From: Antedon mediterranea
Lineage: Eukaryota; Animalia; Echinodermata
Length of the DNA: 64,000 nt
NCBI RefSeq assembly: GCF_964355755.1
Contig: NC_092677.1
Coordinates: 19,986,101 to 20,050,100 of the forward strand
Reading direction: 5' to 3'
The notes under the pieces are model-generated. The model had not been told where the DNA came from, ran no database searches, and saw only the letters and a program-made list of their open reading frames with translations. Shown here one piece after another: positions 50,401-58,789 of this stretch. The first letter of the stretch is position 1, and each line of letters begins with the position of its first letter. Both the position numbers and the translations under genes were made by a program.

Positions 50401-53400
50401 TTTTGTTTGTATACCATTGATAATGTAAATTTTGTATATATATAATGATATTGTCTTTAGTTAAACAAGACAAGAAAAAATACCAACCGAGGAAATAGTG
50501 GACCTTTTGGGACTTGGGGGGGTGCGTCTGCACCCAACGCACCCCCCCTGGATACGGGCCTGGTTCATGAAAGTGATGATAGTCCTTAACTATAAAAATA
50601 TATTCCATCATCGCAGATCGATCCTGGCTTGAAGACAGTTCTTTAAAATCCTGTTATTTTGGTAAAACATCCTACCACGTCCCAATCGGGATCCTGGTAT
50701 TATTTTAAAAACTAAACTAAAGATTTAGATGCAAGACAAGAAAAAATACCAACCGAGGAAATAGTGGACCTTTTGGGACTTGGGGGGGGGGGGTGCGTCT
50801 GCACCCAACGCACCCCCCCTGGATACGGGCCTGGTTCATGAAAGTGATGATAGTCCTTAACTATAAAAATATATTCCATCATCGCAGATCGATCCTGGCT
50901 TGAAGACAGTTCTTTAAAATCCTGTTATTTTGGTAAAACATCCTACCACGTCCCAATCGGGATCCTGGTATTATTTTAAAAACTAAACTAAAGATTTAGA
51001 TGCTTTAGTGGTGGTCTCAGTTACTATACTACAAATATCAATAGGGAGCTTTCGACGACCGACAACCAACCTAGGTCAGGTCAATGGATGTGTCGTTATT
51101 TCTTCACTTATCTTGAATTGACTCATATTGGTAAATGAGTATTCTTATTAGAAAGGTAAACATATTTTTATCCGTATTAATTTTTCTATGAAAAAATAAA
51201 CCCCACTGACTTTATGGTCTTGCTACAGCTACAATGCGACTTTCCATAACATAGTACAGAGCAAAAAAACATTTGCTCTATCTATATATAAATTATGGTT
51301 AATTCTGACATAGGCGAGCACAATGCAAAAACTTCTCTACAAATCTCCGCCTTGGATACCTACCTTATCTATCCGAGATGTACCGCGAAACGTAGATTTG
51401 ATAACATTAGTGTGCACGCCGACGCTATTGTTCCATATTTATATCTTAGGAAGATATTATAAAGAGTTTTTTAACAACATTTATGATTTCAACATTGGAT
51501 TTTCCTCTCAATTTCAATTCTTCCCGGTCAAAGTAATTTCCGGGTTTAAGATAAGTTCACCTTAGTTTCAAATATTTTCTCTCTTTTATACACAAGGGAG
51601 CAGTTAAAATAATAGATTTGACCCTAAAGGTGACTGGAAACTGGCACTTTCCATCAATCAATACAGTGTCCCTTTGGAAGACGAAAAAAAAATTGGCCAT
51701 CATCATGTTTTAAATTATAACTAATAGTTATATAACCAGGACATGGTCCTTCCTATGAAATTAAACAAGCAATGTCACAAGGGCTGAAAATATGTTTAAC
51801 TGACATGCAGGAATAATTGAAACCTAATTTGGCATTTCGTGTCCATTCTTCAAAGTAAGATCCAGTAATTTCATCACCATTTTCCTTAAGAATTTTTTGT
51901 TCGTCATTGAATCTCGTTTCATCCTTAAATAATCAAAAAATAAATAGAATAGAAATCATAATAATTAAAATTTATGATTGTGATCAGCATGCGGTGCGAC
52001 CTGAGCATACATACAAATTTAGTTTATTTTGCATCTAACAGTCCATCGTCCCATTAATGTACCAAAAAAAGATAGTTAAGCAACTGTAAAATACATATCA
52101 CAGTACACGGAAAACTGTGATTGTTTATTTCATAGAATGATTATTCCAGGACGGCTGCTGTATGTGAGAAAAGAAACAATTCTGTTAATATGATTGTAAC
52201 AACAAAATATATATAATAAATTGGTTATTTTTGTTTAGTTTTGAAATCTCATCGGATCCAAGGGGTAGTGTTTGGGTCGTGCACTCAAAATGACATTTAT
52301 TTTTATCTATTTTTTTTACTATTATTACACATTACACATTAGTGCTTTACCATTTGAAAAAATGTGGTGACAGTAAAAAAAAAACCTTACTGTTCTAAAT
52401 GTGATCTCAATATCCTGGTTGTGATATACAGTCAAGTTTCTTGTGTACAATGAGTCTATCCCAGAGACTCCGATTTTTCGCTCATATGCTGTGTCAAATA
52501 ATTATAAAAAGATTATGTTAAGCTATACAATCTTTTGCCTTAGATAAGTTCAACAACAGCATTCTTTACTGATTAGACAAGAGTACTTTTTGAACAGATG
52601 CTGCATGTGAAATGTCATTCCCATTAATTTAATCATCAATTATATAGTATATTGTTTAGATTAATCCTTTATGGGAAAATAAAGTTCCAGAGTGTGTATC
52701 ATCAGTAAGGGTATGTTCAGATCCATCGAGTTATGCTTTCGTATCACAAGCAATGTCATATTATAATTAGCGTCATAACAGCAAAATGTTCAGATTTGCT
52801 TAACTAACGTTTCTTTTGAAATTCAAGTGTCACCGATTTTGGGCGAGCAGGAGTAAATTTGATTGGTTAGAGGTCAAAATCGTTGATGCATGACTTTTGT
52901 ATCGTAACCGGCGTTCACTAATCTTGTACTTTGAGCTGTCGTAACAAACGAAATAGTGTTGTAAGAGGTGGCTTCCACTAATCTTTTCCTGGTTCAGACC
53001 TATGGAGTTGTATGCCGCGTACAATACGAAAGCATAACTCCGTAGGCCCAAAGTGGTTAAGTATGGGTAACAAGTCAATTAAATGCCAATTCACAAAAAT
53101 TGTGGCAGGGTACAAAAACAGTGACAGGACACAAAAACAGTGACAAGGCACAAAAACAGTGACAAGGCACAAAATCAGTGACATGACAGGGCACAAATAC
53201 AGTGACAGGGCAAAAAAATAGTGACAGGGCACAAAAACAGTGACAGGGCACAAAAACAGTGACAGGGAACAAAAACAGTGACAGGGCACAAAAACAGTGA
53301 CAGGGCACAAAAACAGTGACAGGGCAAAAAAACAGTGACAGGGCACAAAAACAGTGACTGACAGGGCACAAAAACAGTGACAGGACACAAAAACAGTGAC

Positions 53401-54548
53401 AGGGCACAAAAACAGTGACAGGACACAAAAACAGTGACAGGGCACAAAAACAGTGACAGGACACAAAAACAGTGACAGGGCACAAAAACAGTGACAGGGC
53501 ACAAAAACAGTGACAGGACACAAAAACAGTGACAAGGCACAAAAACAGTGACAAGGCACAAAAAAAATGACATGACAGGGCACAAAAACAGTGACAGGGC
53601 ACAAAAACAGTGACAGGGCACAAAAACAGTGACAGGGCACAAAAACAGTGACAGGGCACAAAAACAGTGACAGGACACAAAAACAGTGACAGGGCACAAA
53701 AACAGTGACAGGACACAAAAACAGTGACAGGGCACAAAAACAGTGACAGGACACAAAAACAGTGACAGGGCACAAAAACAGTGACAGGACACAAAAACAG
53801 TGAAAGGGCACAAAAACAGTGACAGGACACAAAAACAGTGACAGGGCACAAAAACAGTGACAGGACACAAAAACAGTGACAGGGCACAAAAACAGTGACA
53901 GGACACAAAAACAGTGGAAATGTACAAAATCTTGCATGGTACAGTACATAAACAATGGCTGGGAACAAAAACAGTGGCACGTTACAAAAACAAAAAAAAG
54001 GGAAATGAAATCTTTTTAAATTAAACTTACGTGATTCACAATAAGGCATGGAACCATTCCAATAACCGTCAATGCAATGTTGTACCAAATAAGGAAAACC
54101 GTCACCAATTTCTGTCCGACTTGCCACAAAAAAATAAGAAAACTGTGTACCAAATGGACATCCATAACGAACTGTCCTCTCATCTACACCAGGGTAATCA
54201 CGAATCCAGTCAATGTATACAGTTGCCAAGTTACGTGATGTTTTACAAAGTGATGCTGAAATAAATTCATTCTATTGTCATATTTTCTTAATCTTATAAT
54301 TTAGGAAATAACTGACTTAAAAAAATTAACCAAATTCAATTTTGAACCTTCAAGCTTATTAGATGAACTGGTATTATATTCTAAATTTAATTATAGGACA
54401 ATCCTCACTCCAAAATATTCTTATAAATTGTAAGATGGAGTATATAGTACTATTAGTAAATTCTAGTCATCTTACCTGCTGTTGTTTTTGATAGATTACT
54501 GGAAATTATAATTACAAATAGCCAGCCAGGATATGAAAAAGCCAACAT
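17459..54548 (-). CDS. Secreted modular protein: signal peptide - Sushi/CCP - unassigned (Ig-like?) module - 8x thrombospondin type 1 - 2x fibronectin type III (~930 aa, 17 coding exons)
   Basis: Exons chained by GT/AG sites with fully compatible phases: 54476-54548, 54031-54255, 52391-52488, 51805-51923, 49406-49548, 48546-48899, 48279-48449, 47760-47948, 37673-37846, 35870-36043, 31474-31647, 28985-29155, 28283-28403, 24644-24891, 19711-19915, 18371-18498, 17459-17484. The last exon is tentative. Confidence 0.85.
17515..18030 (+). mobile_element. Decayed L2-like LINE RT fragment
   Basis: PQGSIVGP, YADD(D)IQLY, KNLGV and LILSRLHYANSLL remnants with stops and frameshifts. Confidence 0.75.
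18371..18498 (-). CDS. FN3 domain 2, second half
   Basis: YLLRD...MYNVKVVAQNLEGSSEPAYS (Y-x-V-x-V-x-A-x-N-x-x-G-x-S); G|gtaagt. Confidence 0.88.
18721..18916. mobile_element. PIF/Harbinger-type MITE
   Basis: TAA|agcctgttttcctgt...acaggaaaacaggct|TAA: 3-bp TAA TSD and a largely palindromic body. Confidence 0.8.
19711..19915 (-). CDS. FN3 domain 2, first half
   Basis: PYPAPPSPVTI...VLIRWTAS...PTGYQLFVKD...W; GG|gtaggt. Confidence 0.85.
20540..23365. repeat. Degenerate ~300-350-bp tandem repeat array interrupted by a hAT-like element
   Basis: Recurring blocks atgcaaatta...gggg(t)gaaattacag...atatctc(a/g)aaaac and catttgaccctcgaccc. A related unit occurs on the opposite strand at ~14290-14790. 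Confidence 0.7.
21514..23117. mobile_element. Non-autonomous hAT-like element with an internal ~320-bp direct duplication
   Basis: 8-bp TSD cttcccat on both sides; TIR cag(t/g)ggtggcgccag; 21584-21900 is repeated at 21907-22230. Confidence 0.88.
24644..24891 (-). CDS. FN3 domain 1, second half
   Basis: ttacag|G; PLIDVDQ...ITIPLLNAFTYYQICMTS...SEVVTVKTLKH; |gtaagt. Confidence 0.85.
24929..26372 (-). mobile_element. Non-autonomous Helentron (HINE), copy A
   Basis: On -, 5' subTIR/IR ggttatatgcat..atgcatataacc and (TTTA)n; 3' subTIR atgcatataacc, hairpin aattcgtca-tag-tgacgaatt and CTAG|TT. Reverse complement of 29770-31244. Confidence 0.88.
25223..25325 (-). ncRNA. tRNA-like Pol III cassette inside HINE copy A
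   Basis: A box TGGCTCAGTGG, B box GTTCGAGTC, T8 downstream. Homologues at ~30805-30901 (+) and ~7360-7470 (-). Confidence 0.6.
26397..27233. mobile_element. P-element-like MITE
   Basis: 7-bp TSD gtagcat; TIR caaagaatatatatcacaagaatgagta with CA...TG ends. An internal part recurs reversed at ~55985-56077. Confidence 0.82.
27285..27960. mobile_element. Kolobok-like terminal fragment(s)
   Basis: TTAA|gggaagg and ctactacc|TTAA junctions; homologous, reversed, to ~46060-46440 downstream of the transposase gene. Confidence 0.55.
28283..28403 (-). CDS. FN3 domain 1, first half
   Basis: TGAPEVMTYVPSDTTITVTWSIPVEYQPPILYYQIYYRQ (I-x-V-x-W-x-x-P...Y-x-I-x-Y). Confidence 0.87.
28455..28955 (-). mobile_element. 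Older partial copy of the HINE A/B family
   Basis: Matches ~25880-26370 (cgattcctggccataaggaatatactctgaaaa; gcatataaccta). Confidence 0.75.
28985..29155 (-). CDS. TSP1 repeat 8 exon
   Basis: VHGGWGTWSAWSYCSVTCGGG...CNTQWCP; |gtaagg. Confidence 0.93.
29770..31244 (+). mobile_element. Non-autonomous Helentron (HINE), copy B
   Basis: tattaggttatatgcattaatgcatataacct ... atgcatataacctataattcgtcatagtgacgaattaaatCTAG|TT. Confidence 0.88.
31474..31647 (-). CDS. TSP1 repeat 7 exon
   Basis: [40 protein letters not shown]...CNVGPCA. Confidence 0.93.
32611..32971 (-). mobile_element. tRNA-derived SINE with a Meta/MESC-like central domain, inserted into the LINE
   Basis: A box TGGCCGAGCGG, B box GGTTCGAGGCC, 9-bp closing stem gagcgagtc/gactcgctc, core ggataaggactataaacc...aaaagaaccc...gaaaaagagtagggg, (TAAA)n tail, 6-bp TSD ctagtt. 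Confidence 0.88.
33856..34280 (-). mobile_element. 3' end of a second LINE inserted into the first LINE's RT
   Basis: Splits DHDILL|DKL; encodes FKYSLYTNFPRVWQEIP...* typical of ORF2 C-termini; A-rich tail; ~5-bp TSD tatta. Confidence 0.75.
35870..36043 (-). CDS. TSP1 repeat 6 exon
   Basis: VDGGWSEWSLWYLPCSKTCGGG...CNTEDCA. Confidence 0.92.
36217..37594. mobile_element. Palindromic MITE (TGT...ACA-like ends, TSD aagct) with a nested SINE tail and an inner Tc1/mariner-like MITE
   Basis: ttacaaccgctaatgtagaaaatg / cattttctacattaacggttgtaaca. Inner arms ~36606-37397 are built from gaccacctctc/gagaggtggtc sub-repeats. L2-type SINE tail at ~36253-36390. Confidence 0.75.
37673..37846 (-). CDS. 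TSP1 repeat 5 exon
   Basis: [34 protein letters not shown]...CNPEKCG; |gtaagt. Confidence 0.93.
38170..38416 (+). mobile_element. tRNA-derived SINE
   Basis: A box TGGCTTGGTGG, B box GGTTGAAGTCC, 3' hairpin tail and long poly(A). A related head lies reversed at ~46551-46648. Confidence 0.8.
40046..42068 (+). pseudogene. Kolobok-type (Pfam 'Mutator-like') DDE transposase, frameshifted near 41260
   Basis: CPLC...C...C zinc motif, SVDGIWQRRG..SLNG, HIGSAGSME, YIGDGDTKSF | PYG..IVKKECVGHIQK, CPTGADSWC, TQNSNES. Two overlapping ORFs: 40046-41377 and 41232-42068. Confidence 0.88.
42630..44790 (+). mobile_element. Decayed CR1/Jockey-group LINE ORF2 (endonuclease C-terminus + RT)
   Basis: LGDFN, EPT..GNILDLIL, SDH, NYRPISL, YTDFLKAFD, FAYDLK, KDLGII and LYVSLVRPHLEY motifs with many frameshifts. 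Confidence 0.9.
44800..45750 (-). mobile_element. Penelope-like element 3' fragment (RT thumb, GIY-YIG remnant, pLTR)
   Basis: VYRKPTDTGLLLHYNSH...LIITMLNRAY; CVVYKFKCDLC; GYTCRHLYQRIVEH; followed by a hammerhead motif. Confidence 0.85.
44845..44885 (-). ncRNA. Minimal type I hammerhead ribozyme motif (U3-A8 variant)
   Basis: On -: GGAC UUGAUAA U GAC-cccaugaugaa-GUC GAA ACGU C GUUC. Stem I GGAC/GUUC, stem II GAC/GUC, palindromic stem III ACGU, GUC cleavage triplet. Confidence 0.68.
46669..46716. mobile_element. P-element-type excision footprint or mini-element
   Basis: attgtag|catagagatattata-tcac-tataatatctctatg|attgtag: 34 bp consisting almost entirely of TIR between 7-bp direct repeats. 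Confidence 0.75.
46731..47702. repeat. Tandem repeat, ~54-bp unit, ~18 copies
   Basis: Unit aatcaaataaaacactgaattgggaatctgttgctatgaatctcaacaaagcag, with 53- and 60-bp variants. Confidence 0.95.
47760..47948 (-). CDS. TSP1 repeat 4 exon
   Basis: HGNWAQWTTWTPCSVSCGFGNQTRERTCTDPTPSGGGNDC...LLECP. Confidence 0.92.
48279..48449 (-). CDS. TSP1 repeat 3 exon
   Basis: [41 protein letters not shown]...CNVQGC. This frame is absent from the ORF track. Confidence 0.93.
48546..48899 (-). CDS. Exon encoding TSP1 repeats 1-2
   Basis: VHGQWGNWGTWSDCLVTCGEG...; INGSWSEWTDFGDCSATCGGGSRVRTRTC... Confidence 0.95.
49406..49548 (-). CDS. Exon of the unassigned module
   Basis: ttgcag|; WRGRLQHTDTGYFYYQDIDRELVRNDERKVLEWLPYYRIEYFHVYVI; C|gtaagt; phase 2-1. 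Confidence 0.72.
49906..50562. mobile_element. Non-autonomous TIR element with a 5-bp TSD (hAT5-like?)
   Basis: gttca|caggcccgtat...atacgggcctg|gttca. Confidence 0.8.
50466..51002. repeat. Near-perfect tandem duplication (266 + 271 bp)
   Basis: 50466-50731 equals 50732-51002 except for the G-run length (8 vs 13). Confidence 0.95.
51281..51693 (+). mobile_element. Helitron 5' fragment
   Basis: A|TCTATATATAAATT; near-identical reverse complement of 16381-16803. Confidence 0.8.
51805..51923 (-). CDS. Exon of the unassigned module
   Basis: DETRFNDEQKILKENGDEITGSYFEEWTRNAKLGFNYSC; AT|gtcagt; phase 0-2 bridges both neighbours. Confidence 0.65.
52391..52488 (-). CDS. Exon of the unassigned module
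   Basis: acacag|; PYERKIGVSGIDSLYTRNLTVYHNQDIEITFRT; |gtaagg; phase 1-0. Confidence 0.7.
53105..53916. repeat. Minisatellite, 19-bp unit acagtgacagg(g/a)cacaaaa, ~43 copies
   Basis: Direct 19-bp periodicity; g/a variants alternate distally. Confidence 0.97.
54031..54255 (-). CDS. Sushi/CCP-like domain exon (phase 1-1)
   Basis: LCKTS...VRYGCPFG...QHCIDGYWNGSMPYCES: four Cys and the C-x-x-G-x-W...P-x-C pattern. Confidence 0.8.
54476..54548 (-). CDS. Signal-peptide exon of the TSP1/FN3 gene
   Basis: acag|ATG; MLAFSYPGWLFVIIISSNLSKTTA; G|gtaag. Confidence 0.75.
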
Positions 54549-57075
54549 CTGTATTAATAGGATTTACCACAAATAAAAAGCAAGTTAGACAACAAGAAAA
54601 TCATCACTATAAAATGCTGAATTAAAATCACTTTAATTTCTAAGTGCCTATTCTGATGCATCAAAATAGCTGAAATTCAGTCAAACGATATTCTAATTTA
54701 TGTAGTAAATGTAGTAATTGTTTTAAATAATTTTCATTGAAATAAAATGCTGGGGCGGATCCGGAGGATGTGCACAGGGTCCGGACCCCACCCCTACATT
54801 TTACAAGGTGCCTTTTTGAGGTAATAAAATTATTAGATATTTATTTTATGTATAGGCCTTAACTAAACACTAACAGGAGAAGTTTAAAAATGAAATAAAT
54901 CAATGTATAAATGTGTCCGTCGTCCGTTTTATATATTATATTTACTGTGAATAGAAAGTTGATTACATCTAATATCAAAATTAATTTTTCTCTCTACTGG
55001 CTAGCAGTACCTACCTAGAGTATACCTAAAGTAGCAATCTATATATAAATTTACATAAGGGCAAAATTTGGTAAATAGCGCCTTACTTCTAGAATTTTTA
55101 CTCGATGGTACATAAAGTTGGTTAGTACGTTCGGTACTGATTATTTTAACCACCTAACATAACCCTGTATACTAATTAAGTTGAGTTAGATAATTAGTTA
55201 TTGAAAATTAAAACAAATTTTTCTTTTGGAAGTATTCCCATGGTGCTAATTTTAGTTGATGCATACGAATCTATTTATTCGTTCCTGTGAACAACATATT
55301 ATATAGTCCTGTGCCGTACGCACATTTGAAATTGCCAGTTTCTGTAAGGTCATTATTTAGCTTTACTAATTCAATCTCTCTTATATCTTACAACATTTCC
55401 AACATGCAACAAACTGTAAATGATTTCTGTAAATGTGAAAAAAATCAAATTTTGAATAGACCATTTTGTAGTTATAATAAAGTTATTCACTTTCGCTTAA
55501 TAAAAAATCAAAATAAGGGACCATTTTTTCGAACTCATCAGCTCAGAAATTCCTAAATAACGACGGTTAGCTAACAACTCATAAATATGCATTATATTTT
55601 AATGAGCATCAAATCAGAGGAGATCCGATCTGTTATCTCCACCTAAACAAGCATGAGCGACGAAAAGAAAGTGCTGGGGTTTCCCTGATCCTATTATGTA
55701 AAAGCTCTGCCGTTAATTTCCTAGTAAGTAAGTAGAATTTTATTTTAGATGAATTACACATCCTCCTATAATAGTTATATATCGCAAACTAGACATTTTT
55801 GGCTTATAGTTATAGGCTTATTAGCTATCTAGGCTAGGGCTATCAATAACAATAGGTGATCTTTTTATTCTGAAAGATCACCTACTAAAAAAGAATTTTT
55901 TTTTTTTTTCAGGGGCACAATATATCTTTAAAACAAACCGAGCAGCGTTTTTTGTAAGAAATATTTCCTGTTTACAATGAAAACACTACCGGTGGTCCAG
56001 GCTTAGATAGTGTGACCACACCATCACAAAAGTTTTATACACCCTCACTTATGGCGGCACCCTACTACACCATGGACCAGAGCCATATAAAGAGTTACGA
56101 CATTGGATTATAATAGTCACGTGATATACAGATCAATTTGTGTCAAACTTGTCTCCGTTAATGCATGTAAAGTATAGGAGCAAGAAAATACTTTAAACTT
56201 TTTCTTATATTTAAAAAAAATGTAATTGCACATTTTACAGTGGAATATCGATGTGCACTGCGTACAGAAGTACTTGCGGCAAAGAATATTGCGCGCGCAT
56301 GCGCTAGTACATTATAAAGTTTGATTGATTGATTTTGGAACGAAATATCCCATAACTACGTCCTATTAATAACAAATATGTAATATTTTCAATTCATAAT
56401 GCATGCTTTGATGACTAAATAAAATAATAAAGTGTCGTGGATGTATTTTTGTTAATATATTGAATAGGGTATGAACAATATTAAAATAATAAAGGCAAAT
56501 TATTACAAATGAAATGATGAGTCTCTGAAAGTTTGTGTCAAAAACCACAGAGAGCCATATACTGTACTGTATAAAAAAGGGGTGAATTTGTGTGTTTTTA
56601 GTATTGGTTCATGCTTTGATGTATCCTGACTTGCATGTAGGCCCTAGCATTTATTCTGTTGTTATTAAATAGACACAATATATATATGTTACAAAATTAA
56701 AACCATTAATAAAATTAATTACTAAAATAAAAACAGAATAGAAGCGTTATTTCATAGACTAGAATAGCCTAGACTACGGATACAGGTCAACCCGTACCCA
56801 TGCCAACTCGTACCCACCAACTCGTACCCAAAATGTTGGCTCACTCCTCGTACCGTACGTACCCACATCCCCATGATTCATGGGCTGGTTAGTAGTAGTA
56901 CCATGCCATGAGCTGGCCCGTACCACCCATGTTTAATCATAATGCTATTTAAAGTACCGTATATAAAATATTACATTTAAACCCAGTTTTATTACATTTT
57001 TAGATACCAATCATAATGATCTGTCGATACTATAATGGCAAAAACTACTGACCTAAAAAGTATAATATATGTACC

Positions 57076-57993
57076 TGTCACACCAAAATCAGTCCGGGCC
57101 AAAATCGGTCCGGCGGACCAGTTTTGGCTGCCAAAATCAGTCCGAGGGACCATTTATGGCTGCCAAAACCTGTCCGGCCGGACCAATTTTGGCCGCCAAA
57201 ACTGGTCCGGCCTGGATAAAATCGGTCCGGGCAGTAGGACTGTTTTTGGCCGCCAAATGGTCCGGTCTTACAAATATATGGTGCGCAAAATGAGTCATAA
57301 TGTATATATCATTAAAAAAAGGCCATGATTAGTCATTATATTGAAAACTAAGGGGTTTTATTTGTTATTTTAATATTATAAATTAAGCCTGTTTTTTTAA
57401 TTATCATTATTAGTAGTAACTTATCAATAATTAGTACTAATTGTTAGGCTTTTTGTATACAATATGTATCTCTGCCTGTTTTTAATCCATTTTGTTCTTT
57501 TTTAACATCTTCGTTTCCCCATGATGTTAAAAACAATTTAATTTATTAATTATTTATGGTTAATCAATCAATATATCAATTCAATACAATTATTATAAAA
57601 CAATTATCCAATATTGATTAGGCTGAGGAAGGAAAAAGGCCTCAATCATAAATAAAATCTAGCTGGCATAATCAGCGTCTCATACCCGTTCGTGTGAGTG
57701 TGTGGCAGGCCGAAATATGAGTGAACACCTAAGTCATGTTTTTAGATAAAATACATTTATTTATATAGTATTTATCCGACAAGATAACTTACTAATATAG
57801 GCCTATATCATGGGATATTTTTCTAGCCATAAACAACTTAAAACAGCATCAAAGGCCTAGTAATTCAATTAAAATCGACAGAAGAAAAGCCCGGACCGAT
57901 TTTGGCAGTGGCGGACTGCTTTTGGCCACAATTTTAGAGCCAAAACTGGTCCGGCCGGACCGATTTTGGCACCGGACCATATTTATTGTGACA
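57076..57993. mobile_element. Ginger-like non-autonomous element
   Basis: tacc|TGTcaca...tgtgACA|tacc: 4-bp TSD, TGT/ACA ends, inverted subterminal ggtccgg/ccggacc repeats. Confidence 0.8.
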
Positions 57994-58529
57994 TACCCTA
58001 GGCCTAGGCGTACACACAATTTTGGCTCACTCGTACCAACCATGGACTGGCCCGTACCCATGTTTAATGATATTCAATTAAAGTATATTTATATTAAATT
58101 TAAACTCAGTTTTATTACATTTTTAGATACCAATTATAATCATCGATACTATAATGGCAAAAACTACTGACCTAAAAAGTATAATAAATGTACAGACTCG
58201 TCCGAAAAAAGCACGTATTTGGTTGGGTAGCCTAGTGTAAGTAGTACGTCGTATAACTCTAGCCAAGTTAATAATTGAGGGCGCTGTTTTACACATGGAA
58301 GCAGATATGGCTCTGCATGGAAGATGTCAGAGTGTTTTATGACTAAAATGGCTAAGAAATCTTGGAATCTATAGGACGTAAAGCACGTGCGGTGTAGTAG
58401 TAGTAGTAGACAGCGTGTGAGTTGCTGTAGTATAAAGTTTGTATAGCCTTAGTTTTACAGCCGTCTAATAAACGTCACGTGATATTCGATTTTGTCGATA
58501 GGTAGTGGCGGTATAAATTACGCAATATT

Positions 58530-58789
58530 TGACTGCATGACGATTGGTGTGTACTGCATGACGATTGGTGTGTACTGCATGACCATTGGTGTGTACTGCA
58601 TGACGATTGGTGTGTACTGCATGACCATTGGTGTGTACTGCATGGCGTTTGGTGTGTACTGCATGATGTTTGGTGTGTACTGCATGACGATTGGTGGTGT
58701 GTACTGCATGATGTTTGGTGTGTACTGCATGACGATTGGTGTGTACTGCATGGCCATTGGTGTGTACTGCATGACGATTGGTGTGTACT
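58530..58789. repeat. Minisatellite, 21-bp unit gtactgcatgacgattggtgt, ~12 copies
   Basis: Direct periodicity; abuts the CR1 3' tail. Confidence 0.95.

Noticed and set aside
52978-53955. Long Cys-rich ORFs (325, 384 and 250 aa) resembling metallothionein or keratin-associated proteins
   Set aside because: They are translations of a 19-bp minisatellite that is open in all three minus frames. Only 54031-54255 is a real exon.
55515-55545. CTGATGAGTTCGAAA on the minus strand as a hammerhead core
   Set aside because: No stem I pairing can be drawn, and the second copy (~14015) lacks GAAA.
55853-55884. 12-bp hairpin taggtgatcttt/aaagatcaccta as a terminator or regulatory element
   Set aside because: The context is eukaryotic and there is no clear TSD or second copy; it cannot be assigned.
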